A program made the position numbers and the translations under genes. A model generated the notes under the pieces. The model was given only the letters and a program-made list of their open reading frames with translations, was not told where the DNA came from and ran no database searches. Below, in pieces: positions 39,803 through 51,510 of a stretch of DNA of 64,000 nucleotides (position 1 is the stretch's first letter; every line of letters begins with the position of its first letter). Location: NCBI GenBank assembly GCA_964658305.1, contig OZ210885.1, forward strand, positions 14,508,001 through 14,572,000. Direction: 5' to 3'. This DNA is from Leptogorgia sarmentosa (taxonomy: Eukaryota).

Positions 39803-40930
39803 ATGCCACCAAAAAGATCTTCGACGCGTAAGCGTGGGCGAGCCACTTCTTCAGGTCCATCTGTTACGGACGAAAGCCCATCTATCCGTCGCAGCCGACG
39901 TTCCTCCACGCGCAATGCAACCATAGCTTCCCAAGGGACTACGACCGCTCAGACACCACGTGCTGTCGACATACCAGTGGTTCCACAACAACAGCCCGCT
40001 GTAATTCTACCACCTGACTTGATGGAATCCATCGCTTCCACCGTTGCAGCTGAGGTTAACAAACAGCTGGCCGCCATACACCATCCAGAAGTTCCCCAGC
40101 GTTCTACATTGCTACCCGAAATCAGCACGACGCGAGTGGTAAACGATGCAATAAGTGAGGCTCATTCTCGTATTACAGGTGAACCCCATTTATTGCCTAC
40201 TTGTAACGTAACTCCGCCCGTCGTTCCCAACCAAGTTTTTCTTTCTTCCAATCTGCCGATTGATTCTCGCGTCTCGGCCAAAATCAAAGGAAAAATTTGG
40301 AACGAGGAGTATCTCGATTTCGGTGTTTTACTGAGCAATCCTCTTACTGACAAATATCAGCTTTCCTTCCAAAACACCGGCGCCGGGCTTCCGGCTTCCC
40401 TTTGTCTTGAGCCAGTTTCTAAGCCTAAAAGAATTCTCAACATCGAGACATGGCAACAGGCATTTTATATCTTTGTTGGAGTTTACACCCAAAAATACCC
40501 GCATGAGGCCCCCGCACTCATGAAATACGGGCAAACTATTCGTGATTTGGCTGCCCGCGGTCAGAATTGGATTTTCTATGACGAAAACTTCCGCTATTTG
40601 CGCCAAACTGAAACAAGTCGTTTGCCGTGGGGGGCAATTCACGGGGAATTGTGGCTTCGTGCCCAATCGGCCCCCAAGGCAGCGCCACCCAGTCCAAACC
40701 AGGGTAATTCAAGAACAGGGCTGCCTTCAATTCCCTCAGGCTTTTGTTTTAAATTCCATCGCGGACAGTTTTGCTCGGGTAATTGCGGTTTTCACCATAC
40801 TTGTTTCAAATGCAAGGGTGCTCACCGTCACACTCAGTGTAATTTTCGTCCCCCTACCCATAAAAATCTCAAGTCTGACCGCCCAGCCAAACCCACTGCC
40901 AACGCCAGTCAAACTCCCGCCTCTCGTTAA
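39803..40930 (+). CDS. Ngaro gag-like ORF with C-terminal Cys/His knuckles
   Basis: KIWNEEYLDF, W..AF.IF..VY, WIFYDENFR and CFKFHRGQFC..C.FHHTCFKC..AH...C. Confidence 0.85.
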   Translation: MPPKRSSTRKRGRATSSGPSVTDESPSIRRSRRSSTRNATIASQGTTTAQTPRAVDIPVVPQQQPAVILPPDLMESIASTVAAEVNKQLAAIHHPEVPQRSTLLPEISTTRVVNDAISEAHSRITGEPHLLPTCNVTPPVVPNQVFLSSNLPIDSRVSAKIKGKIWNEEYLDFGVLLSNPLTDKYQLSFQNTGAGLPASLCLEPVSKPKRILNIETWQQAFYIFVGVYTQKYPHEAPALMKYGQTIRDLAARGQNWIFYDENFRYLRQTETSRLPWGAIHGELWLRAQSAPKAAPPSPNQGNSRTGLPSIPSGFCFKFHRGQFCSGNCGFHHTCFKCKGAHRHTQCNFRPPTHKNLKSDRPAKPTANASQTPASR

Positions 40931-42460
40931 ATTTCTTTCGGGTTATGACCCCGATGCTGTTCGAATTTTAATTTCCGGATTTTCGCATGGTTTTCCTATT
41001 CATTTTGATAAAACTCGATCGTCTTTAACGGCGAATAATTTGCTTTCGGCGTTGCAAAACCCGCAAGCTGTCGACATGAAACTGGAACAGGAATTGGCTG
41101 CTAAACGTTTAGCGGGTCCTTTTAAGTCACCCCCGTTTCAAACCTTTTGCGTCTCGCCGCTTGGTCTGGTGCCCAAAAAGACACCAGGTGAGTTTCGGCT
41201 AATTCATCATCTATCGCATCCCCAAGGATTTTCGATAAATGATGGAATAGACGCGGCAAACACGCAAGTACACTATGCTACAGTCGCTGACGCCATCCGT
41301 CTCATTAAGCGCGCAGGACCGGGCTGTTTTTTAGCTAAAACCGACATTCAAAGTGCATTTCGCATCATCCCTATCCACCCCAATGACTACCCGCTTCTGG
41401 GTATGCATTGGCGTGGGGTTTATTATTACGACAAGTGTATGCCAATGGGCTGTTCCAGTTCATGCAAAACTTTCGAGCTTTTTAGTACATCAATTGAATG
41501 GATTGCTCGCCACAAGCTCGAAATCGAGGAGCTCCTCCATTTGTTGGACGATTTTCTTTTTGTATCTTCTACACATGATCAGTGTCAACGTAATTTAAAT
41601 CGATTTATTTCCTTGTGCAGCCAACTTGGCGTCCCCATAGCACCAAATAAAACATTCGGTCCATCTACCACTCTTACATTTGCCGGAATCGAGTTAGACT
41701 CGATTCGCTCTGAGGCGCGTCTACCTCGTGATAAAATCACCAAGTGTGTCGAGATTATAAACGGTTTTTTACCTCGCAAGAAGGTTCAACTTAAAGAACT
41801 TCAATCTTTAATTGGTCTTTTAAATTTTGCTACTACAGTCGTGACGCCAGGAATTGCTTTCCTGCGGCGCCTCTACGATCTTACGCAGGGCGTGAACCGG
41901 CCTTCTCATTTCATTAGATTGCGTTCCGAAGTGAAGGCCGATTTGCGTGTCTGGCTCAGTTTTTTGTCTTCTTTCAACGGCATTTCTTTCTTTCGTAATG
42001 AAGAGTGGTGTAATTCAACAAAGTTGAATTTATATACGGATGCGTCGGGCTCTATTGGCTTTGGCGCCGTTTTCGGGAATTCATGGTGTTATGGCCGCTG
42101 GCCGGCTAGTTGGCTGCATCGCAATTTTTTCCGATTGTACTTAGTTTATGTTTATGGGGTGATAAAATGCGCAATCATTCAATTTTGTTTTTTACTGACA
42201 ATGAGGCTCTCGTGCATGTCATCAATAAACAATCATGCCGCGATAAGACCTTAATGGTATTTGTTCGTAAGCTGGTCCTTGTGTGCCTTGACAATAATAT
42301 CCTTTTCAAAGCTAAGCACATTCCGGGTGTCAAGAACAAGTTAGCTGATTGTTTATCTCGCTTTCAGGTTCAAACTTTCAAGCAACTGGCACCAGCGAAC
42401 ACGAATCCTTTTCCTACGGACATCCCCCCGCATCTGCAGCCTCAAAGCTGGCCGATATAA
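40890..42460 (+). pseudogene. Ngaro RT-RNase H with one frameshift near 42122
   Basis: PLPTPV, FRLIHHLS, AKTDIQSAF, MPMGCSSSC, LLDDF, YTDASG, then FTDNEAL and NKLADCLSR in the next frame. Confidence 0.9.
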
Positions 42461-43368
42461 TTACACATCTCACAACATCCAGCTTACAACCATCCTCAAT
42501 TCCAACTTATACTCGGGCGTGGAAATTGTTTACGCAATTCCACAGTACATTGTTTCAGACAGCTCGTTTCAGCTTGCCAATCACGCCGGCTACATTGGCG
42601 CTTTTCATAGCCTATTTATTCGAACGCGGCTACGCTGCGTCTACGGTTAATACCTATACTTCCGCCTTAGGTTACTCTCACAAACTATCCGGTCTATCTG
42701 ACCCAACGTGAGTTTTCTATATTATTCAGATGCTCAAAGGCTACGGCAAAACTGGCACGCGCTTAGACAGTCGCCTGCCGATAACATTACCAATCCTCAG
42801 GAACTTAATCGAGGTAGCACCTCGCACTACCGGATCGCATTATCAGATCCACCAGTTCCAAGCCATGTGTGCATTGGCATTTTTTGCCTTTTTGAGGATT
42901 GGCGAAATTACAACCCATACGAGGGGTGGCTGTGAGCCGTTACAAATGCATCAACTCGCTTATATTCGTGACTCGAGTAACCAGGTGGATGGTATACAAT
43001 TAACCTTCACAAATTTTAAACATAGTTACAATGAACGACCTTTTATTTTGACGATAAAACGTCAGCCGTCGTGTTGTCCTATCGAGCTACTTCTCGATTA
43101 TCTTGCCCTCCGGGGTACTCGGCAAGGTGCGCTGTTTTTGACGCAACAAGGCACTGCCGTTTCACGAGAGGCGTTTGCTGGTCGGCTGTCTGAGGCAATT
43201 AACCTGTGCGGCCTTGATCCATCACGTTATAAAGGCCATAGTTTCCGTATCGGTGCCGCTTCGTATGCTGCAGTGCAAGGGATGTCCGACTCTCAAATTC
43301 GTATTCTTGGTCGTTGGAAATCGAATGCTTTCCATAAATATATTCGAGTTCCCTCCTTGTCAGCATGA
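42449..43368 (+). pseudogene. Ngaro tyrosine recombinase with one in-frame TGA at 42709-42711
   Basis: ORFs 42349-42711 and 42730-43368 share a frame. Motifs AFFAFLRIGE, FKHS, GHSFRIGAAS and LGRWKSNAFHKYIR. Confidence 0.92.
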
Positions 43369-44747
43369 TTGCCCGTTTTACCGCGCCATTTATTCTTGTC
43401 TCGCACGGCCGGTCACTGGCGGGGAGTGACTTGGCCATGTTACGGAATTCTACGACTTGTTGGCAGGGGCGACAAGATCGGCACGATTCCACCACTTGGT
43501 TAGACAGGCGCAAACTCATTTGCACGGGCGATGTCTTTGCGCCTGTTTCCCCACTTACTGACACTGACTATGTGTGGACAACTTATCATGCATGGAAACT
43601 CCTACGCCGGTCTATCTCAAACAGTTTGCAAGGGCGACCGTTTGCGTTGGACTGTTTATTGTGTTTCATTGGGAGAGGGGGGATAATGATCCATTTCTTT
43701 TTCGTTTAAGCTTGATTCACTCGCACGGGCAGTTTATCGAGCCTTTCCAATGTCAGTTTTTAGGCTGCCTCGGCGTTGCATTTTCCTTGGGGCGCATCTC
43801 GGCTGCGCTAAGATGCTGTGGCGTAATTTGTGCCCTCACCTTACTGGGCAAAACAATTTTTATATATACGAACAATAATTAGTTAAATAATCTTTGTACA
43901 GTTAATAATTTTATAATAAAATGGCTAGGGGAATTTACCCCTAGCCCAAATTATCCCAAACCTGGGTAAAGAATCCTATTATCAACATTGCATGCCCAGT
44001 AAACGAGCTGCGGAAATGCAACACCTATACGTAATCTTCTAGTTCAGCAAGACGGAATGCATAAATAGAATATTTGCTAGCGAATAGGAGTTTTATGCAT
44101 TCCGGTCTTGTGTCTAATGGATAAAAATAGTGTTGGGCAAAGGCGTTAAGAAAGTGTTAAGAATTACGATAAGAGTATTAAATAGAGGTGTAAAGATGGA
44201 AAAGAATGGTGTTAGAATACTTAGATGTTCCGCAAAGCCGGACAAAGAGGAGGAGCCTTGAGAATTGCACTGATATTATAAGGCAACGTGCTTGCCAAAT
44301 GAAGACAGTCGCTGAAGTCGAACAACGAGGATCTTTGAAAGCCCACCTCCTCCCCAGTGTGCATCAGTTAAACCTTTTGGCATCATGGCGTAATTTGTGC
44401 CCTCACCTTACTGGGCAAAACAATTTTTATATATACGAACAATAATTAGTTAAATAATCTTTGTAGAGTTAATAATTTTATAATAAAATGGCTAGGGGAA
44501 TTTACCCCTAGCCCAAATTATCCCAAACCTGGGTAAAGAATCCTATTATCAACATTGCATGCCCAGTAAACGAGCTGCGGAAATGCAACACCTATACGTA
44601 ATCTTCTAGTTCAGCAAGACGGAATGCATAAATAAAGTAAATACACGAGGCAAAAATATCTTCAAATGTCTGTAATGTCAATAAATGCATGTCTGTAGTT
44701 AGGGATATAAATATGTTATATATATTTCCTCTGTCTATATGACTACA

Positions 44748-46850
44748 TCATAACTCATAAGCATTATAAAAAATGTATATAAAAGGGTTAATGAAACTAA
44801 ACGTAAATTCCATTCTTCTTTCTTTCACACAAAACTTTTTTATAACATTGTCATAAAACTCTGGTTTCCCCTGCAAACAAGTCAAAAGTTCTTTCTCAAT
44901 AGTGATGGTAGCCAATGCTGACACAACCGATCTTGTCCTTGGGTGCTTCGAAGGTATGTCTTGATGCGCTTGAGCGCTGAAATTGGCATTGTTAGGATAA
45001 GTTGACATAAACGATAAACTTCCGGAAAGCAATTGTGTAGGTCAAGTTCGACAATTTTTTTAATCATGGCAAAAACAGGTTTCGATTTAAGTTCAGCAGA
45101 TGCATAAACAACGGTTAGTTCACCTTTTAAGGCAAGGATATTGAAAAATGAGCATTAGGTGGCTTCCAAGGAATTTAATTCTTCTTCTGGGAAATCTGTA
45201 CTATACAACTCGTGTTTTGAGTGGTCAAGCAAGGAAACAAATTTCATGCTGTTCAGACTTTCGAACCTGACATCAATCTGCATGACCGCGGTGTCAACGA
45301 CAGAGAAAAACATTCGACAGAATGACGCTTTACCTTGTTGTTCAGTTTGCCCTCGTCTCTTCGGTATATCCGCAACTTCTAAAGTAGAATTCCAATACGA
45401 TTCAAAATTGTCCTGTAATTCTTGAATTCTGCTTTTCGTTTCGATATCGTAGAGAATAGTTGTGAGTCCGAACAAAGGTGAAAATATGTTTAGGCAGAAC
45501 ACAAACTGGAAATCTGTGACAATATTGCGGTAGCCACAAGCTTCGTTTAGCACAGTACCTTCGAATTCATCGTCGTGCTCCAGGATGTATTCGAAAACTT
45601 CCACCAGCTTCTCCCGCGTCTCCAGTATTGCATGGATTAGTCTTGCGTGATAATGCCATCGGACAGCAGTACCAGTGGGAATTCGTCTACCAACAATCGT
45701 GTCTAACAAATGCGTTCTCTTGGATGAGATGTGGAAAAAGGATGAAAGGCCACTGACAGTCTTGAAAAATACTCTGCACTCTTTGGTTGACGACACTGCT
45801 TGGACCAACACTAAATTCAAGGCATGTCCACAACAGTGGATAAACAAGGCATGTGGATAGTCCTCTCTAACACGAGCTTGCAAACCGGTTAGTTGCCCCG
45901 ACATAACGCTCGCTCCATCATATGTTTGCGCAATCAATTTTCCACCACATCCGTACTCCTCCAAAGTACCGTCAACCTCTTGTTTCAATCTCGCTGCTGT
46001 TCTGTCCTCGCTTACGTCGGTGAATCCGAGAAAACGCTCCACAGGTTTGCCATCAGAGTTTACATAACGAATAATAGTGGTTAACTGAGACAAAGTTTTA
46101 ATGTCGGAGGTTTCAACCATGGAAATCGCGACGAATGGGCTGCTAAACACTTCGTCCATAATTGCTTTGGTTATGACATTTATAACAGAAATGATCAAAT
46201 CGTTCTGAATATGATTCGACATTCCAGAAAACACAGTAGCCGTCTGAAGATGTTGCTCCAGCGAGGAATCGTATATACTGACCAGCTTCACCATTGCCAC
46301 GGTTGGCTGATTCTTGGACCTCCACCCGTCCTCTAAAGGAAAGTTCCTGTTTGCCAAGGAAACAAACAACATTGATAAAACGGCGAAGTATCTCTCTATT
46401 CTTATGCACTGCCAGATTATGCGCTGATATATGCTGACATGTTTGCTCGTCTAGTTGCAAATCGATGCGGGCTCGACCAAAAGTAGCATTCATCAAACAA
46501 CTTGACAAATGACTTTTGGTTTTCTCGTGTCTACTGATAGCATTAGACAAATTCCCCAAATCGCTGTATCCTTTCTTATTCCATACAGGATTGTCTGTGG
46601 GATTGAACAAAAGGCATGGCCAGCAAAATAGTTCATTGAGTTTAGTAAAACCAGCAAGCCACTTGTACTTTTCATAATTTGATGTCTGAAAACTTCGAAC
46701 AAAAACTTTCCTGCCACGTTTTGATGTTGTGTGTAATTCTGGGATCTCGGGAGTAGGGCGTCCTCTTTCAACAATTTCTTTTTTCTCTGAGAATGGTCGG
46801 GATCCAAAAGGACGAGAAAGCAACGATTCCACGAGACAGGCGTTCATTTC
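44748..46850 (-). pseudogene. hAT transposase, frameshifted
   Basis: YKWL...LFCWPCLLF...RHEKTKSH, QELSFRG, AQTYDGASVMSG, FIHCCGHALNL, VRW, and ALKRIKTYLRSTQGQDRL. Confidence 0.88.
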
Positions 46851-46963
46851 ATATATTTTGGGTATACGACGGTAATCACACTTTGCACTACTAGTTTTTT
46901 TTACATGTGAAGAAGTGGAAATTTTGTCCGTTATATATCTTTGCCGCTCAGGAGTGGCTTGTA

Positions 46964-47549
46964 CAGTGTGTCTCAAAAAAAAGGTAATCCAACTTTGGCA
47001 TGCCATTGTGCGTTAATTACGGGGTGTACGAACGTGAGTTTTGCATGGTCATAAAGATCAAGGTCTTAGCAGTTGAATGACATATTTGTTGTACGATATG
47101 GAAGAAAATTAGGCAAATGCGAGCGTGTTGAAAAATCTCGGTGAAAAACGCATTCTTTCACCTCTGAGAATTGCAGCTAAACTTATTCAAAATTAACTCC
47201 CTCTGGGACTCGAAGATGACGACCTTCCCTTCAACAATCGACCTGATTATGCATAATTATTAATAATCCTGATAAAATCTTTGTTACCATGACACATTCG
47301 TGATGAATTGCATTTTTCTTTTGTTATGCACTGCTTTAATTAGGCACAGAGGTGAAAGAATGCGTTTTTCACCGAGATTTTTCAACACGCTCGCATTTGC
47401 CTGATTTTCTTCCATATGGTACAAGAAATATGTCATTCAACTGCTAAGACCTTGATCTTTATGACCATGCAAAAATCACGTTCGTACACCCAGTAATTAA
47501 CGCACAATGGCATGCCAAAGTTCGATTACCTTTTTTTTGAGACACCCTG
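46964..47549. mobile_element. Tc1/mariner-type foldback MITE with TA TSD
   Basis: TA|CAGTGTGTCTCAAAAAAAAGGTAATC...GATTACCTTTTTTTTGAGACACCCTG|TA with TIRs of about 200 bp. Confidence 0.9.
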
Positions 47550-48749
47550 TATAGGAGCGGTTCTACTTACGTAAATTACCTACTCCTTACCACATACTCG
47601 TCTTTTCTAAACATGTCATCGGACTTTTCTAGCAATGCATTAAATTGGCACTACCCTATTTTGCGACCGCTATTTTGAACATTTGATATCATAGTGCATT
47701 AGCACTTCGTACATATATCACGCAATATATGACGCACATATAGGTAAATGATGTCATCAAATATGCGCGCCAATTTTCTGTTGTATTATTGTAAATGCGC
47801 GAACTATACTGCTACTCTCTACTTCCGCAGTTTGCATGCCAGTACCCGAAGATTGTTTAGGTGTTTACTATATAGTAGATAGTATATATAATGTTAGATT
47901 TACTTGTAAATATCAGTTGGGCTTGGGCAGTTAGCGAATATTTCAGGTTACAAGAGCTCTAGAATACAATTATACAAGTATACAATTTGTATGCGCGTTT
48001 GAGATGCAAATAAATGACGTGCATATATGTATATTCGAATACACTAGAGAATGATGCCCTAAAGCTTAAATACAAACCTTATCTTCTGATTCAAAATGCT
48101 TTCATAAAATTCAGTAATACATGAAGGCAACAACTACTGCAAGTTAATACACACAATATGCAAAGATCAGAGTCAATACCATTAATTGGTATTTGAACTG
48201 CAAAAGCTAGTACTGAAAGTATCATATAACAAACATGTTAGGATTGATAGTTGACCAATTGGCAATGGAGCGGCGTTCCTTAGAAGCGCCGCTTGCAGTT
48301 CGCCTATATTCCTTGAATAGCAGACCGTGAAAGTTGACTTAGCGCGTGCGCAATAGCTGAATTATCATCGTCAAGGCAAGCGTGCTTGCCTTGGTTAATA
48401 ATGAAGAAATAACCGGAATTTTTGTGAAGGGCACAGCATAACAACAACCAATACGCGTTCAAAGATATAGATAAGCCCTATTAACCGACTTCCTACGTTT
48501 TTCTTCTGACGAAACGTCTAGAAGTAATTGACAGACCACGAAAAATATAGAAACTTGAAACCTCGAGCTCGCAATGAGATATATAGATGCTAACATCACG
48601 TATTCTGGCTTAAACAAGCGCTGTAATAAACAATGTTGTTAACCTGCTTTATCAGCAAAGATTCTAACATTGTTGATTTCGAAATTATCTTCGAATATTT
48701 TTTTGAGATCTAAATGTTAGGGCAAGCGGTGCTGGACCGCACGCCACTG

Positions 48750-49072
48750 TTTCTATTACTCTACCGAAAACATGCCTCTAACATCCAACAATTTGTAGAA
48801 TGTTTGACATATGTTCTTAATACTACTACAGTGGACATGATTTTAACATTGATTATCTAAATGACAGCCAAGTTGCAATACTAAAATCTTCAATGAACTC
48901 TTTGAATTTCAATCAGATTGTGTCAAAACCTACATTTATTTCTTCTGGTAGGTTATTAGATCATGTCTATGTCAAATCCACATTGTTGAAAATAATTGAA
49001 AACTGTGTAATTACTGTGTATTATTCTGATCATGACGCTGTTCAATTTACAGTCCAATTTAACAAAAAATGA
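48750..49072 (+). pseudogene. C-terminal half of the Helentron AP-type endonuclease
   Basis: FLLLYRKH...FNIDYL...QIVSKPTF...LLDHVYV...YYSDHDAV, the conserved C-terminal APE/EEP motifs. Confidence 0.85.
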
Positions 49073-49724
49073 CTATAAAACTGCATACTTATATCCATAT
49101 TGTAAATAAGTCCATTTAATGTCACAAGCTAATCATAATTGAAAAAATCGTTAGTCACATCACTAAATTGTGACACTGTTACAGTTGCCATTGCCACATG
49201 CTGCCAATCCAAAACCATATACCATGCAGAATATTTTTCAATGCAAATACTGAACTGTCCAAGATAACAAGAGGAGACCAGAGGTTTTGCATTTTTTGCA
49301 CAACACACAAGTTCCGGTACTTTCTATATTTACATCACAAGGCAAAGTGCGGTGGGATTTCAATAACTCGCTCAAGTCTCAACCTTGCCCGGTCCCAATT
49401 AAATTCTTCTCTTTAGGGCACTTGCTGAGTGACGAATCGTGACGAATATAGCTTACAAAACACATACGGGAGACATCCTCGCCCCCACCCCCCCCGGATC
49501 TGTAGCACCTTCTCGGAAGAGTGATTTTCATCGGTTAGGGTCAGGAACCAATCAACCCATGAGAATACTTTGTTCTTTAAAAATCTTTATCCAATCGGGA
49601 CAGAGCTTCCGAGGAGCTGCTACAACACCCGGGGCATAAAGGAAGAAACAAATCTCCCTTCGCCGTTATTTCGCACGTGTTGGACAGCAACTGCACAAGT
49701 TCCGCCTCGTTCTATAGTGAAAAA

Positions 49725-50885
49725 AATGTCTTCAAACTCCTTTGCATCTGGTTCCAAATCCGCTGATGCTGAAGTTGATGGATATATTCATCACGTATCT
49801 GACATTCGCGTAGCCAAGTCAGGGACTTAATACTTTGACTTCAGCGTCCAACAAAACGAACGACAAACACGTGTTGTTTGCTTCTCCCCGGAAAAAAGAT
49901 CCACGCTGAAGGAAAGAGAGCATTCGCGATCACCAGTAACCTTGGCGAATATCAGCCCCCAAAAGCACAAGTATGATCTGAGTCGACGGAATATTCTATG
50001 AACAAATACTCCAGGGTGATCAACAAGAAAAACTTGTCGTTTCCGTGGAAGCCCTTCGAAGCACAAGCTACCAGTAGCGCTGTGATAGCTATTTCGGAAA
50101 TCGTCGGTGGTGATCAACCAACTGGTAGCCTTGTTGCTGTGAAAGGAAATGTTGTTTCAAAATCACCGCTCGAGACTAATTATTCCCCTACCATGCGCAA
50201 GTTGTTGAACAAGGTTGATGCCATTGTCGCAGATTCAACATCAGCTATCCGTTTGACTCTGTGGCAAAATAACATCGATGAGGTCGAAAAAGATGCCTGT
50301 TATCTTTTCCAAAACCTACGTGTCAGTTTCTACCAGAGAAATTATCTCGCTACTACCATGACAACAACAATTAATAAAATTGAAGAAACCGTCGAACTTT
50401 CAGAGGAGAGCAACCTCGCGGTGAAAGCTTTGATGCCTGATACATCCGAAATCGAAACCTTCTTTGGAAAAGTAATTGGCGCCGAGGTGATCTGCAAAAT
50501 TGTTTGCCTGAACTGCAGATTCCGGACGGACGAACGAAACAGTGACGGAACCGTGTTAAAATGCTCTTCCTGTAAAGTTAGCATGCTAAAACAAAACATG
50601 CCGACTCACGTCAACACCAACATCATTGTCACAAAAGCAACAGGCGAATACGTGGGAAGATTAATGTGCCCAGGGAAAGTTTTGGACTCCCTGTTCAGCA
50701 AATTGGCAGCTGATGAGAACTATAACATTTCAGAAAAACAGGTGGACAAACTGTCTTCCGAACTAATAACAAAAACAATTCTTCGGCTTGACAACGTCCT
50801 ATTTTCAACGCTAAAGGATGAACAAGTCATGCATTCAATCGACCTGATAGATTCGACACTCGCAGAACTCCCTGATGCAGAGTAA
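49725..50885 (+). pseudogene. RPA1-like tandem OB-fold ssDNA-binding protein with C4 zinc ribbon (stop at about 49828, frameshift near 49990)
   Basis: GYIHHVS...YFDF.VQ...RVVCFSPEK, VAVKGNVV...IVADSTSAIRLTLWQ...YLFQNLRV, then CLNC-x13-CSSC. No introns. Confidence 0.65.
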
Positions 50886-51336
50886 GAACTAGCCAGGTAC
50901 CTTTTAATAACTAAAAAAGTTGGAACATGTTCATGACAATTTACCGTTAAAACGCTTTAGTTCATATTGTTTTGTTTAGTATATATTGTTTTGTTAATTT
51001 GTTTTGTTTACAGGCACAGTTAAACACAGCAACAAAAACTAACCTTACATTATTAAAGGGGAGGTCATTGTTTGTAACAATTTAGGTTCAAATGAAAGAT
51101 AATATACTTCTTATCGTCTGTACCAAATCTTAGGTCCCCATAGTTAATACAACTCGAGAAATAGAAAAATAAAAAAGTGAATTTTGCCATATTTCGCGGC
51201 AGCCATGAATACATGCGAGCGAACATGCGATCAAACAGCGGTTTTACCTTGTGACGTCACTGCGCTGTTCATGCTAAAATGCAAACATACATATTGCATT
51301 TCGTACGCTTCACAACACGATATAAGGACCGAATAA

Positions 51337-51502
51337 ATGGATTTTTCAAACGAATTTTCGAGCGAAAGTTCTTCAAGTTCTGGTTTAGAAGACAGCAGAG
51401 AAGACGTTGTAGGAATGATTCAACCGTACTCGTTTGAACCTGTTGAAGAAACAGATTCTGAGGGAGATGACATGTTGATCGATCATGAATCTTACACTGA
51501 GG
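51337..51502 (+). pseudogene. First exon of the Kolobok accessory gene (KolX-like); the rest is deleted
   Basis: MDFSNEFSSESSSSSGLEDSREDVVGMIQPYSFEPVEE... ends at a G|GTGAGT donor and faces the transposase. Confidence 0.5.
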
Positions 51503-51510
51503 GTGAGTGT

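Larger units (their letters stand above)
38421..44634 (+). mobile_element. Ngaro/PAT-type YR retrotransposon with split direct repeats A1...B1-A2-B2
   Basis: A1 38421-38699 matches A2 44063-44341 (279 bp). B1 43819-44067 matches B2 44386-44634 (249 bp, one mismatch seen). ORF order is SGNH, gag, RT-RNaseH, YR. Confidence 0.95.
38348..48749 (-). mobile_element. hAT transposon (TTF-type zinc finger / ZMYM1-like transposase) inserted in the Helentron endonuclease
   Basis: TIR CAGTGGCGTGCGGTCC on the minus strand at 48749. TTTCTA at 38342-38347 recurs at 48750-48755 (partial TSD). The far TIR is not recognisable. Confidence 0.7.
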
